Source of the DNA: Eledone cirrhosa
Taxonomy: Eukaryota
Direction: 5' to 3'
DNA length: 64,000 bases
Assembly: GCA_964016885.1 (NCBI GenBank)
Contig: OZ024742.1
Location: 220,782,001 to 220,846,000, forward strand
Shown here: positions 43,975 through 56,493 of the stretch, piece after piece
How positions within the stretch are numbered: position 1 is the first letter of the stretch
How the letters are laid out: every line of letters begins with the position of its first letter
Made by a program: the position numbers and the translations under genes
The notes under the pieces: generated by a model
Databases searched by the model: none
Told to the model about the DNA's origin: nothing
The model's input: the letters and a program-made list of their open reading frames with translations, nothing else

Positions 43975-44184
43975 GTTTTTTTGAGAAAAAAATTTTTTTT
44001 TTTTTCAAAATAAAGTTCAAATATTTGGGCCAAAAGGCCCAAATATTATGAGTTATTCCTTCACAGGATACAAATTAATGTCTTATAATGCTTCAGCGGT
44101 ACAAAAAATAAACAATTCTCTACAATTAATCCTCAAAAAATTGCTTACTCACGGAGCTTCAAAAAACGTACATCCACTTTCGTC

Positions 44185-47100
44185 AATAATAATAATAATA
44201 ATGATAATAATGCTTTCTTTATTAACCACAAGGGTTTACAAAAAGTAAAACATTAAGGACAATACAGGACAAAAGAGGACGGTACAAATGCGCATTTCTG
44301 CGTGTAAAAAAACACAGAGGATGTAACAAAAAAGAAACAATGAAAAATTCCCCAATAGGGGGAAGATTTCCGAGGGACCGTCGTGGAGAAAGCCCATTAA
44401 AAAGGCCACGGTGACCCTGACCACCGGGGAAAGTGCCCTCTCCCAGTTTTCCACATTTAATTTAGAGGCACATACTCAGAGTAGACCCATTCACTCGGGC
44501 CATTTTTGCCTCTCTCACCCATCTTTCAACAAAATGCTGGGAAGAGAGCACTTCCCTCTCTACCCTGATTTTCCTTTTCAAATGAAATTTGAAAAAGTTA
44601 ATCAGGGCATAACCGAATAGGTAAGTGCTCGTCTTCAGTCCTTTCAAACGCGTCCACCATACTATCTCTTTCGCCATAGCCACCAGGCAGATAAAAACTG
44701 CCTGCCCTTCCCGACTTAAGGAAGAGGGTAGGGCAATCCTCACGATGGACTCAGCTGATAGCCGGATCCATCCTACACGCGACAGCAGGTGTTCGACATA
44801 AACCCACAAGTCAGCAATGCTCGGACACTGGACGAGTGCGTGCAGGACAGTTTCGTCGTCTTGCGCGCATCTCGGACATGCACGGCTGACGGCAGTTCCA
44901 TGCCTGTAGAGTTTATCCCGAACGGGCAAAGCTCCTCGGTAGCACTGCCAGGCCAGGGATTTCTGGAAGTTGTACATAGGCCCCGGCCCGAAAGTTCTTC
45001 CGAAGAGATTGGCTAGTTGATTTTCGTCGACGCCTAAAGTTTCCCCAAGTACGTCGTCGCTCTTCCCCTCCACTAATCCTCTATAGAACGCCAAGTTGGA
45101 GTTTCCACCGATCACATTGCCCGACTGGTCGAGGGCTGTGAGCGCCTGAAGACATTCCAATCTCTAAGCGCTCCCTCTCGGTCTTCGCTTGACCCAGGAC
45201 TGCAGCTCCGTCAAGGAGACGAGCTGGGGAAAGACGTGTCTAGCAAAAGGCGACCACACCTGATCACCGTCGAGGAAAAGGTGGAGATGTCGTAGCCTGA
45301 GCGTATGTCTGCGCATCATCAGCCACGGCATGCCCAGCCCTCCTAGCAATTTAACCATCCAGCGCCCGACGATGCTGTTGGGCAGCATGGACCTACCTCT
45401 CCAGGTGCCGAGTTGCAGGCCTACTGATTTTTCCTGGTTGCTCATTGCTCCTATCACTACCTCATATTCTCTTAGTGTAGTGCCGATCGCCTTGATGTGT
45501 TTGGAATTCGACACCACCACGGTGATGTCGTCGGCATAAGCTGACACGGTTCTTCCGCATCCTAGTTCATGCGGGATCCACCTCAACGTCTCCAGTTTGT
45601 GCAGTAATGGTTTGAGAGTCAATATGTACAACAAAAACGAGAGTGGACATCCTTGGCGGATCGAGCGCATGATGTTGAACAGTTCCCAAAGGTGACCGTT
45701 CACTCTCACTACAGAGCAGATGTCGCTATGCATGACAGAGATCCAGCCTCTGAAGACACGCCCAAAGCCAGCTGCTCTTAGGACTGCTGCCAGATAACGA
45801 TGGTCGACCCTATCGAAAGCTTTTGACTGATCTAAATTGATCAAATACCCACCCATCCCAGGTTCCCTAGCTACCCTCTCTACGATGTATCGCATGAGGT
45901 GGAGGTTGTCGTGGATGGATCTGTCTGGAATGACACCTGTTTGCACCTCTCCCACCAGACCACCAACGACAAGCGCCAACCTCTTTGCTCGAAACTTAGC
46001 CAAAATCTTGAAGTCTGTGTTTAGCAGAGTTATGGGCCTGAAATGTTATCCCCTTTGTTCGGATCCTTTCTCAGCAGCGCCACCGCTCCTCGGCTCACAG
46101 AGCTGGGAATTCTCCCGTTCTGTTGCCAGTTGCAGTAGACGTCCGCCAAGAGGTCTTCGAACAAATCTGGCATATGTATGTAAAATTCGTAGGGCAGACC
46201 TACGAGTATCATGCGCCCGTCGTGGTTCGCCAAAGACCGGATCGTGGCTTTGTTGCCACGACGCGCCTCCGCCACCCGGGCCCATTGAACGGCTTTCGTC
46301 TCCTCGTGTCTGAGAGCACGCACCCTAACTCTGACAACGCAGCCTTCGTGCTTAGCGTTGAAATATTGGCCGAGAGCCAATTTCGCCGCAAGTACATCGG
46401 TCGCGATGCCTTTGCTAAGCGCCTCGTCTAATTTTCTAACTAATTCTCCCTCTGCTCTATTTTTCTCTATTGCTAAAGCCTTACTAAACCTAATGGACTC
46501 TATTCTAATTGCTCTTTTCAGAGCAAACCACCATTTGTTGTTGACGATGGCCCCTGTCAACGCCCGCTTAACTAATTTGCTAATCCGGTCTCTATAAGTT
46601 TTGCGCGCTGTTAACGAGGCGTTTAGTTTCCAGTAGCCGGGTCCCTGTCTATGAAGCCTATCTAAGTGAACCACACAGATCACGAATTTATGGTCCGTGT
46701 AGCCGACTATCTTGAATTTTGGACAGCCTATGCTAGACCTATCTATTTCCCTACAAAATACCCTATTTAGATATGATCTGAATGACCCGATGCGGTTTGT
46801 CCAAGTCTACATTGGCACATTCGGGAAATCCAATCGGTACCTCTCCGACAGTTGAAAACGTCTGAGCAGGTTTGTGAAGCTTTTACACCCTCCTCCCCTA
46901 TCCACTTATCCCACACAATCCCAGCGTGCATATAAGATCCCGTTCCATCTATATTTAGCGATCTGAGATCGTTGAGCAGGTGGCCCTACTTCCAAGTCGA
47001 CCCCAGGCCATATGCATTTATGCTACCTATTCTGAGAGAAGCCATGTTGGCTAGGATAGGAGGAAAACAAGTGAAACGGGAGAACTACAAAAATTACCTG

Positions 47101-49087
47101 TGGCTCTTTTTTAGGAAGGGGTGGGTGATCCATCCCTCCGACCATTGGTGGGTTTCTCCACGAGAAAGTCCGTGAATATTCTTTTGGTGATGTTCCCTCG
47201 GTAGTTTCCAATTGATGTGGGGAACATTTTTTTAATGTTATGTAATTTTTTTGTGTGATTTCTATTATTTTTATGTGTGTGTGTGGTGGGGGTGGGGGTG
47301 CAATTTTGGTGGTTTGTACGTAGTTTGTTTCTGTGATGTTGGTGTGGTGTTGAATGTAATTTAAAAGCTTTGTGTTGTCGTGTCTATGGCTGTGTATTGT
47401 GTCTGCTGTTGGGGTGTTGGTGCTTTCTGTGTTTGCTGTGGCGTTGTTGGAGGTGACGATGGGGTAAATGCTAAGGGTGGCTATGGTGGTGTTGGTGGTA
47501 TTGGTGGTAATGGTGTAGGTGGTTGTGGGGGTGTGGCTGTTGATGGTGGTGGAGGAGGTGGGGTAGTTTTCATTTTTTTTTTGGGGGGGGGGGGCGTTCT
47601 TCCTTCCTCTTTGGGGGGGAGTTCTTCCTTTTTTTGTTGGAATAGTCCTGCATTCTTCGGCCTCATCGCACTCCTTGTCCGATTTAGCTATATCAGGAAG
47701 GGGTATGCTTTTCATTGGTTCTGTGGGTGGTGGAAGAGATGGTGTTTTTGTTGTTGGCGATGGTGATTTCTCTTCTGCCACTGTGGTCTTTGTTTGTTTG
47801 TCCGCTCCTGTTGCGGGGCACGGCGTGGGGAGAAGGGGTGGGTGCGTGCCTTATTTGGTGAGTTTGGGGCAGAATGCCTTAAGGTACGTCTTGTCACCGC
47901 ATCCATGACACCTTGGGCGCCTACCTTCGACAGTCACAGGTAGATGGCTGCCGTCGTCCAGGTCTATTACATCAGGGATGGCCTCAATGCTCTCATGGTT
48001 TGCTTGGATAATTAGCTCCTTCCCCGACCCTGTCCAATTTTCCTGTCTTATTCGCATAACGTTCAGTATAGTTGTTGAACCCTCAACGTCAGCGAGGACG
48101 GCCGCCGTCAACCATGCAATCTCCACAGAGGGCGGAACCTGGGCTACTCGAACCCTCACGACTCTCTGGCCGCAGTATGTGGGCATCATTATGATTTCGT
48201 CACTGCGGAGTGGCGCAATGGAGTGTGCTCTGGCTCCTTCTGGTGTAGCGAAGAGCACAACCACAGTGCCATATCTCAATCCCCGGGCTATGTATGTTTT
48301 CTGTGCCCAGACGGCACCCATAGCTCTTTGGTCCTGTGACTCTGTTGCCCGTTCGACTCACCGCAATTTTGTTCCGATCGTGCGATAACTGACCGAACAC
48401 AAAAGCTTGTTTCTTATTATCTCAGCTGGGCGGGTGAGACTTATCCCGTGTCCAGTCTTTTTAAGCAAGAACTTTGCTTGTTTTATCTCTTCGTTAGTGA
48501 TGTGTATTTTTTCAAAATTGATTTTTGGTTTAGCGAAAGATGTGTTTGTTCTGATTTGTGTTGACTCATCACTAGTTTTGTCTTTGTTGTTGTTGCCGTC
48601 GTTGGTGTTTTTTTTTCTTCTTTTTTTTTTCTCTGTGTTGCTGCTGTTATAGTTGTTTCTCCTTGGGTTCTTTATGGCTGTTGCTGTTGTTATTGTTGTT
48701 ATTGGAGAGGTGGTGGTGTTTGATTTTTCTAACGTAGGGAAGTTTTCGTTGTAATTTCCACTACTGCTACTACTGTTCCAGTGGCTGCTGCTGCTGTTGT
48801 CACCACCACTGTCACTGTCGCCGCTGCTGCTGTTTCTCTTGTTTTTTACTTTGCCTTGTGATTGGATGGAATCGGCTGCTCCACCCTCCGAACACACCCG
48901 CTGTTCCTCCCTGTGGACAGTTTTTTTGTCCGCCATTGTCCCTCAAGGGCGCGAGATGCAGTTAAAAAACCACCTCTTTTGAAAGAGGGGTTCTTTAACT
49001 ACACACCGATGTAAAAAATAGAATATAGAACTTTCGATAACTCATAGAAATTCAAGTAACTTACTCCGCCGTAGTTACAGCCGTCTC
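44185..49087 (-). mobile_element. Tx1-clade LINE family B, near full-length but deleted/frameshifted
   Basis: ORF1 pieces 48358-48936, 47851-48321, 47023-47781; ORF2 pieces 46030-46683, 45164-46003, 44462-45160; (ATT)n tail. Confidence 0.9.
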
Positions 49088-49275
49088 ATAATAATTGTTT
49101 CTACTTTTGGCACAAGGCCAGCAATTACTCAGTGCATTACTGGTACTTTATTTTATCGACCCCGTAAGGATGAAAGGCAAAGTTAACCTCGACGGGATTT
49201 GAACTAAGACTGTAAGGGGTCGTAACTATGCTAGAAAGCATGGCGTCCAGCCCTCTACCGATACTGCCAATTCAT
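49088..49275 (-). mobile_element. tRNA-derived SINE, near full-length
   Basis: A-box-like TGGCAGTATCGG, B box GTTCAAATCC, (ATT) tail. Confidence 0.8.
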
Positions 49276-49288
49276 AAAAATAACAACA

Positions 49289-51640
49289 AATAATAATGGT
49301 TTCTTTATTGGCCATAAGGGCTAACACGAAGAAAGACATTACAGACGGCACAGAACAGTACAGGACGATACAAAGTGGGTTTTGGCCGTTTAAAAACGGT
49401 TATAACAAGAAGATAGAAATATCAAAAAAATTCACAAATAGGGGGGAAACTTCCGAGGGTCACTCGTGGCGAAAACCACACAAAAGACCACGGCCACTCT
49501 GACCACCAGGGCAAGCGCCCTCTCTCAGTTTTCCACTCCTCAGTCTACATGCGCATACTCAGAGCGGGCCCGTTCACTCGGACTAGAGCCGCCTCTTTCA
49601 CCCACCTTTCAACAAACTTACCAGAAGACAACACTTGCCTCTCCACCCTGATTTTCCTCTTCAAGTGAAATTTGAAAAAGTTAATCAGGGATTCGCCGAA
49701 GAGGAAAGTGTCCGTCTTCAATCCTTTCAACCATGTCCACCACACAATCTCTTTCACCATGGCCACCAGGCAGATGAAAACTGCCTGCCCTTCCTCCTCC
49801 TTAAAGGAGGACGGCGGGGCTATCTGCACAATGGACACAGTCGATAACCGGATCCGTCCTACAACTGCTTGCACTTCCCGGCTAAAGGGAGGCGGCGGGA
49901 CAATCCTCACGATGGACTCAGCTGATAGCCGGATCCATCATACACGCGACAGCAGGTGTTCGACATAAACCCACAAGTCAGCAATGCTCGGATACTGGAC
50001 GAGTGCGTGCAGGACGGTTTCGTGGCCCTGCCCGCATCTCGGACATGTCCGTTGCAATGCCTCGTCTAACTTAGCTACCAGCTCGCTCTCCTTTCTATTT
50101 TTCTCTAACGCTACTTCTTTGCTAAACGCTATCGAAGTTACTCTAACCACTCTTTTGAGAGCACCCCACCATCTGTTGTTGACGATCATCCCTATCAACC
50201 TTTGCTTAACTAAATTGTTGACCCGGTCCCTGTAAGCCTTACGTGCCGGAAACGACATGTTCAGCTGCCAGTAACCAGGTCCTAATCTATGCGTTTTATT
50301 TAGGTCGACCATCAGATCACAAACTTGTGATCTGAATAGGCGACCGTTTTAAAAAGTGGGCAGCCTACACTATTTCTATCTATTTTCCTAATGAAGACCC
50401 TGTCTAAATACGATCTAAATGACCCTATGCGGTTGGTCCACGTCCACACTGGCACATTGGGGAACTCTAGTCGCTACCTGTCAGACAGTTGGAACTGGCT
50501 GATTAGGTGCTTGAGGCTTTTGCACCGTCCGCTTCTATCAGCTACTCCCACCGAATTCCGGCGTGCGTCTAAGATGCCGTTCCAGCCCCCCGCTAACAGT
50601 AAAGGGCGAGACGTACCCAGAAAGGCTTCCAGGCGCCTAAAGAAGTCCGGCCGTCCGGTCCCGGTAGGGGCATAGACAGCCAGAAGTCTAAAGGCCCCAC
50701 CTTCGCTACTGTTCACTTCCAGGACCACCAACTTACCGTCCGGGTCCCGGAACATTGACCTCGAGAACCAGGCCTTTCCTAAACAGCACTGCTACTCGAC
50801 CGCCCATTCCCGGCCGGCTAACATGTGAAGATCTGATAGTCGTCGAAACTGGGGGCTAGTGCGCGCGTGTCGGAAATCCTGGTCTCATTGACGGCAATTA
50901 CATCCATTTCCAGAGCCCTGAGGTCGTTGAGCATATTAAAAGCAGGTGACCCTGCTTTTAATATGGCCTTGTTGGCAAGCTAAAATAGAGAGGGAAGGTT
51001 TACTTACCTTCCGGGGTCTTGTGAAGGTCGGGTGGTTCGATCTCCATGGCTGGTGGGGTTTCTTTTGGGAACCCCTTTAAAAGTCTCGTGGGTTTCACGT
51101 TCGGGGTTCCCACGTCCAGAGGAAAGCTCCCTAGAATTTCTTTGTAGGAATCGAGTGACATTCGCATCAGAAAAAATCTTCTGCCACGCAAAATGTACTC
51201 AATTCAAAAATCTCCCCCTCTGTTTGAATATTCTCGCTTCGTGCTAAGAGGCCCATCAATTTCTCATTGGCCCTTCTGACAAGCACGAAGTTTTTTTAGG
51301 TTTTGTTGGTGTGGTTTTATATGTTTTCGTTTCGGTGACTGTGGTGGTCATGGTTTTATTGGTGTTGTTTCGGGTATGTCTGTGTTTGTTGTAGGTGTGC
51401 TGTCTGCAATTTCAGCTGTTTGTGTGTTTATTTGTTCTTGTGTTTGTTTAGGTTGTTTGCGTTTAGGGGATTGTGGTGGTGGTGTTGATGTTGGTGTTGG
51501 TGTTGTTGGGGAAGTGTTTGCGTTGGTGGTGTCTGTATTTTTGTTGTGGATGTTTTGGGGTTTTGTGGGGGCTTTTTCTTTGTGTGTTTTCTCTTTTGCT
51601 TTTTGGCACATTTGGGTTTTCCTTCATCTTCACTACTGGA
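49289..51640 (-). mobile_element. Tx1-clade LINE (A-related at its 5' part), 5'-truncated with the RT domain deleted
   Basis: ORF1 C-terminus 51000-51640, EN 50060-50930 fused directly to the Zn motif; (AAT)n on both flanks. Confidence 0.88.
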
Positions 51641-51874
51641 TAATAATAATAATAATAATAATGACGTTAAAATTTCATTTCACTTAAATCAGCTTCCATA
51701 CAAGCAAGTTTATCAGATCGATTTTTAAGTCTCTCATAGGGTTACTCCCATGATAATGGGTTTTTAAACCCGAAAATATTGGATCGTTTTAAATTTGCTA
51801 AAGTAAGATTCTTGTTATCTTGGCAATTTAACATTCTTCATACGCATTGTGTTGGTCTTCAAAATTTGAATTTG

Positions 51875-51942
<68 letters not shown>

Positions 51943-51990
51943 AAAAGATGAATATAAAATGAAAGTGCTTTTATAAAGGAATTTATTAGG

Positions 51991-52108
51991 TATTGACATA
52001 TGTTTCTGTAACAGACGGAATACCTATGTATCGCTGCTTGCGTAATCATATAATGTTAGCAAGTATTCGATAGCAAATGTATAATCAGTTGTCACTTCTT
52101 CAGAGATA
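51991..52108 (-). ncRNA. Hammerhead with long loop II
   Basis: CTGAAGA a GTGACA...TGTTAC a GAA ACATATGT C AATA; flank resembles 32147-32267. Confidence 0.55.
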
Positions 52109-52659
52109 TTGGATAAATTGGAAAAAATCAGAAAAATTGAAGTATTTATATTAGTTGTAAGAAAGGAAGAAGAGAGGGGATAGTATATGACAGATGGCAA
52201 TTCAATTTACTGCTAAACAAGTATATAGAAGGTTTTTAATGAGAATACAATGAGTATATGGCTTATTTTATCTAAATAAGAATTTTTGGGAGTGCCTATT
52301 TTAATCTATATTTTAATCTATAGTTGACCAATTGAACAATGGACAGGGCTGGTCGTTTGGTGTAGTAGTATTAAAGTGTCAAGTAAGGAAGAGGGAGATT
52401 TTCACTGCTACTGTATAACAACAATGCTGGTAGTCCGTTATTAAATAACAGAATAGAGCGATCGTTATACTGTAACCATCGCTTGAAATCTACATTTTCA
52501 TATTACAAACGCTACCAGGATTGAACGCCTGTCTCCATCTCCGTTTAATTGTCAAAATACATATTAACATTCTCTATTAGTCTTAATTCTATCAACTCTT
52601 CTATTCTTTACCATTTAATGCTATAGATAAAATGAGATTTCTTAATTCAATTCCCTACA

Positions 52660-53170
52660 GTAGTTGTTTATTTTTTCTTTTTTTACATTTAATTGCTTTT
52701 TAACGCTCTCAGTATTTTTCTATATATTTACCCCTTACTGTTCTACTTATTGTTTTGACTTCCTCCCACTCCCCCTCCCTAGTATCTTCTTTGACCTCAT
52801 GCCCAGCTGTAGTTGGCACTATCAACGCATGAATGGGTCTCCTCCACCCCTCTCCCTCTTTCTCCTACTGGCAGGTTTAGCTACCCCTTCCCTCCACAAA
52901 TTACCATCATAGAATTATTATGTCTCAACAACAAACTTTTGACCTATCCTTGTGACAATCACTTTGACCATATATGGAATTACCCCTTGAGAAGCTCGGC
53001 TATTCAAATACCAGGATAAAAATTTTCATTTAGTCCAGAATTAGCCGTCGAAACGGCTTGAGCTCAGCCGTCGGGGTCCTACTCGTTCCTATTACCCACT
53101 CTACTACCCTAAGTATTGAGTACTTTGGTGCGTTATGGTCCACCTGGTTCCTTACCACATTTCCTCCGTT
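52660..53170 (+). mobile_element. Solo pLTR of PLE family A (diverged)
   Basis: Homologous to ~6290-6790. Confidence 0.85.
52982..53077 (+). ncRNA. Hammerhead in PLE-A pLTR (U3-A8 core)
   Basis: ACCCC TTGAGAA ..CGGCTA/TAGCCG.. GAA ACGGCT/AGCCGT C GGGGT. Confidence 0.72.
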
Positions 53171-53194
53171 ATATATATATATATATATATATAT

Positions 53195-56100
53195 GTTTCT
53201 TTTATTTGCCACCAGGGCATCAAAAGTGGGACAAGTACAATGGGGGGAGTTTACAAAACAAGGCGTCCTCAATAAGGAGGAGGCAATAACAAAATATAAA
53301 AATAAAATAAAATATAACAGAATAAAATTTATAACTAAATCCTCAATAGAGGGGGGGGGGGGGGTCGCACACACCCCCGAAAAAAAGTGTGCAACCCTTT
53401 TCCTCAGGAGCACAGAGAAGGGGTGCTCCCTTGGTCTTTCATCTTCCTCACCTATAGTCTGATGTAGAGTGAAGGCTCATTCACACGGGCCATTCTCGCC
53501 ACTTTCACCCATCTTTCATAAAAACGGCTGGGGTGCAGCACCTCTCTCTCCATCCTGATCCTTCTTCCGAAATGATATCGGAAGAAACGGACCAGTTATT
53601 GGCCAGAGAAAAAGGTGTCTGACCTCAGTCCTTTCAGACGCGTCCACCATACAACCTCTTTCGCCATGGCTATTACGCACAGAAACACCGCCTCTCCTTC
53701 GTTTTTGAAGAGGGGAGGCGGCTTGATCGTTACAATAGACTCGGTGGTCAACCGGATCGGTCCCACCCTTGACAGCAGTTGTTCGACATAGCCCCACAGA
53801 TCGGCAATGCCCGAGCAGTGTACCAATGCGTGTGCAACGGTTTCCTCGTCGCACACACATCTGGGACAGATATTTTTCGAGGGGTCCCTACCCGGGCGCC
53901 CGTGTCTGTAGAGCCTTTCTCGAACGGGCAGAGCCCTTCTGTAGCATTGCCAGGCCAGGGACCTCTGGAAGTTATCCATGGGTCCCGGGCTGAATGTCCT
54001 ACCGAACAGGTTTTCCAGTTCGTCTTCCTCCATGCCTAGGGCTTCTCCGAGGGCGTCGCCGCACCTGCTAACCACCAGCCCTCTATAGAATGACGAGGTG
54101 GATTCTCCACTGACAGCCGGGTCCGCCTGCCAGAGAGCCGTGAATTCCTGGGCACACTCGGTGTGCCAGGCGCCCAGTTTTCTCGGTCTTTGCTTGACCC
54201 AGGATTGCAGCTCGGTGAGTGAGACGAGTCTGGGAAAGGCTCGCCTCACAAACGGGGCCCACACCGGTTGACCGGAGAGGAATACCTGAAGGTGCCGTAG
54301 CCTTAATGCGTGTTTACGTATCATTAGCCACGGCATCCCCAGCCCTCCTTTCGAAGGGTGTTAACAGCAGATGGATCTCCTCACCACAGGAGCCTGCTTC
54401 TTCCAAAGGAATTGGAAGAGTGCGCGCTCCATTTTGGCGAGCGTTTCCCTTGGGCAAGGCAAAACGGTCAGGCGGTAGTAGATGACAGACGCTATATAAG
54501 TGTTCGCCACCTCCGCCCGACCTTTCAGGGACAGTTTGCACTCGGCCCACTTCTGGGTCAGTGCAAACACCCTGTTCGTTACCTCACCCCAGTTCTTCTC
54601 CACCTGGAGGTCTGGTCCGAACCAGACCCCGAGCAACTTCACCGGGCCCTCCGTCCAGCGCCCGACGACGCCATCGGAGGGCATCGATCTTCCCCTCCAC
54701 GTGCCGAGTTGCAGACCGATCGATTTGTCCCGGTTCAGCTTAGCCCCTGTAAACCTTTCGTACTCCTCCAGTAAGGTGCCGATCGCCCCGATTTCCGAGG
54801 CCGTCGACACCATTACTGTTACGTCATCGGCGTAGGCTGACACCGCTTTCCACAATCCCGGTTCCAACGGGATGCCCTGCAACAACTCCAACTTCCGTAG
54901 CAGTGGCTCTAGAGTCATTACATACAGAAGGGAGGAGAGAGGGCACCCCTGTCGGATGGACCGCGCGATTACCGAGAGGTAGCCGTTCACCTTGACCCTA
55001 GAGCAGATGCGGCTGCTGTGCATGGCATTGAACCAGCCCCTGAAAACGGGTTCGAAGCCTGCCGCCGCTAGCACCGCATCCAGGGAACCATGGTCGACCC
55101 TATCGAATGCCTTAGATTGATCCAAGTTGATCAGGGCCCCACCAAAGCCGGGTTCGTTCCCAACCCTCTCTATGATGTATCGCATGAGGTGGAGGTTGTC
55201 GTGGATGGACCTGGACGGGATAGCACATGTCTGCGCATCTCCCACCAGGTTGCCCACGACAAGCGCCAACCTCTTTGCTAGCACCTTGGCCAAAATCTGT
55301 AACTCTGTATTTAGCAGAGTTATGGGCCTGAAATTATTTATATCGTCCCCCTTGTTCTCGTCCTTCCTCACTAGCGTGACTACGCCCTTGGTCACAGCAC
55401 AGGGAATTCTCCCGTTCTGTTGCCAGTTGCAGTAGACCGCCTCGAGGAGATCGGGGAACAAGTCCGGCATAGCTAGATATAGTTCGTATGGAAGACCATC
55501 GAGACCCGAGGATTTGCGTTTGCCGCATTGGCTCAGCACGTCCTCTATCTCAGCGGCTGAAATCGGCTCCTCGCAGGACTTCGCCTCCCTCTCCGAGAGA
55601 CGCGGCAGGCCGTCGAGGTATGGACCGAAGTCTACACCCACCCACCCCCGCCCGCCCCCCGCCCCTTCCGAACAATCCGGCAAAGTGCTTTTGAAAAGCC
55701 TCGCACATCTGCTTAGGTTCAAGGATCCCCCGCCCATCCTGGTCTCGCAAAGACCGGATAGTGGATCTGCTCCCTCTTTTGGCTTCTGTCACGCGGGCCC
55801 AGCTAACCGCTTTGGTCCCCTCGTTTCCCAGAGCACGTATTTTGCTTCGGACGATGCAGCCTTCGTGTTTCGCGTCGAAGAACTGGCCCAGGGCCGTTCT
55901 CGACGCTAGCACTCTGGCCACGTCGCCGCTTCTAATTGCCTCTTCTACACTATCTACCAACTCCCTTTCCTTCCTGTTTCTATTAGAGGCTAACTCCTTA
56001 CTAAATTCTATAGAGACTACTCTAATCTCTCTTTTGAGAGATCCCCACCACCTGCTGTTGACGATGGCGTCCGTCAACCGCTCCTTAACTAAAGTGCTAA

Positions 56101-56488
56101 TCCGGTCCCTGTAAGCCTTACTTGCCGGTAAGTCAAGGTTGACCATGCAGGTCACTAACTTGTGGTCTGAATAGCCAACCATGCGCATTTTTGGACAACT
56201 TAAAAAGTCCTTATCCTTAATTCTAACTAAGAACCTATCTAGGTACGACCTAGATGATCCGCTACGATTTGCCCAAGTCCAGGTTGGCGCAGTCGGAAAA
56301 TCTAGTCGATATCTATCGGCCAGGTCAAATCGACCGATTAACCCTTTGAGGCTATTCCACCCCTCTCTATCGGGACAGGCCCCTACGTAGTCCCAGCGTG
56401 CATCTAGGATACCATTCCAGTCCCCCACTAATAGCAAGGAGCGGGACGTCCCTAGAAAAGTCTCCAGACGATGGAAGAAGTCCGGCCG
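53195..56488 (-). mobile_element. Tx1-clade LINE family D, 5'-truncated, frameshifted ORF2
   Basis: ORFs 55550-56788 (part), 54361-55737, 53596-54336; 3' end runs into (TA)n. Confidence 0.9.
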
Positions 56489-56493
56489 CATTG

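Larger units (their letters stand above)
38343..44184 (-). mobile_element. Full-length Tx1-clade LINE family A
   Basis: 5' UTR, ORF1, ORF2, 3' UTR with AATAAA and (ATT)n tail; (AAT)n on both flanks. Confidence 0.93.

Noticed and set aside
51747-51784. Hammerhead-like ATGATAA-T-GGGTTT/AAACCC-GAA-AATATT
   Set aside because: A at position 3 and G at the cleavage site; at best a dead relic, so not counted
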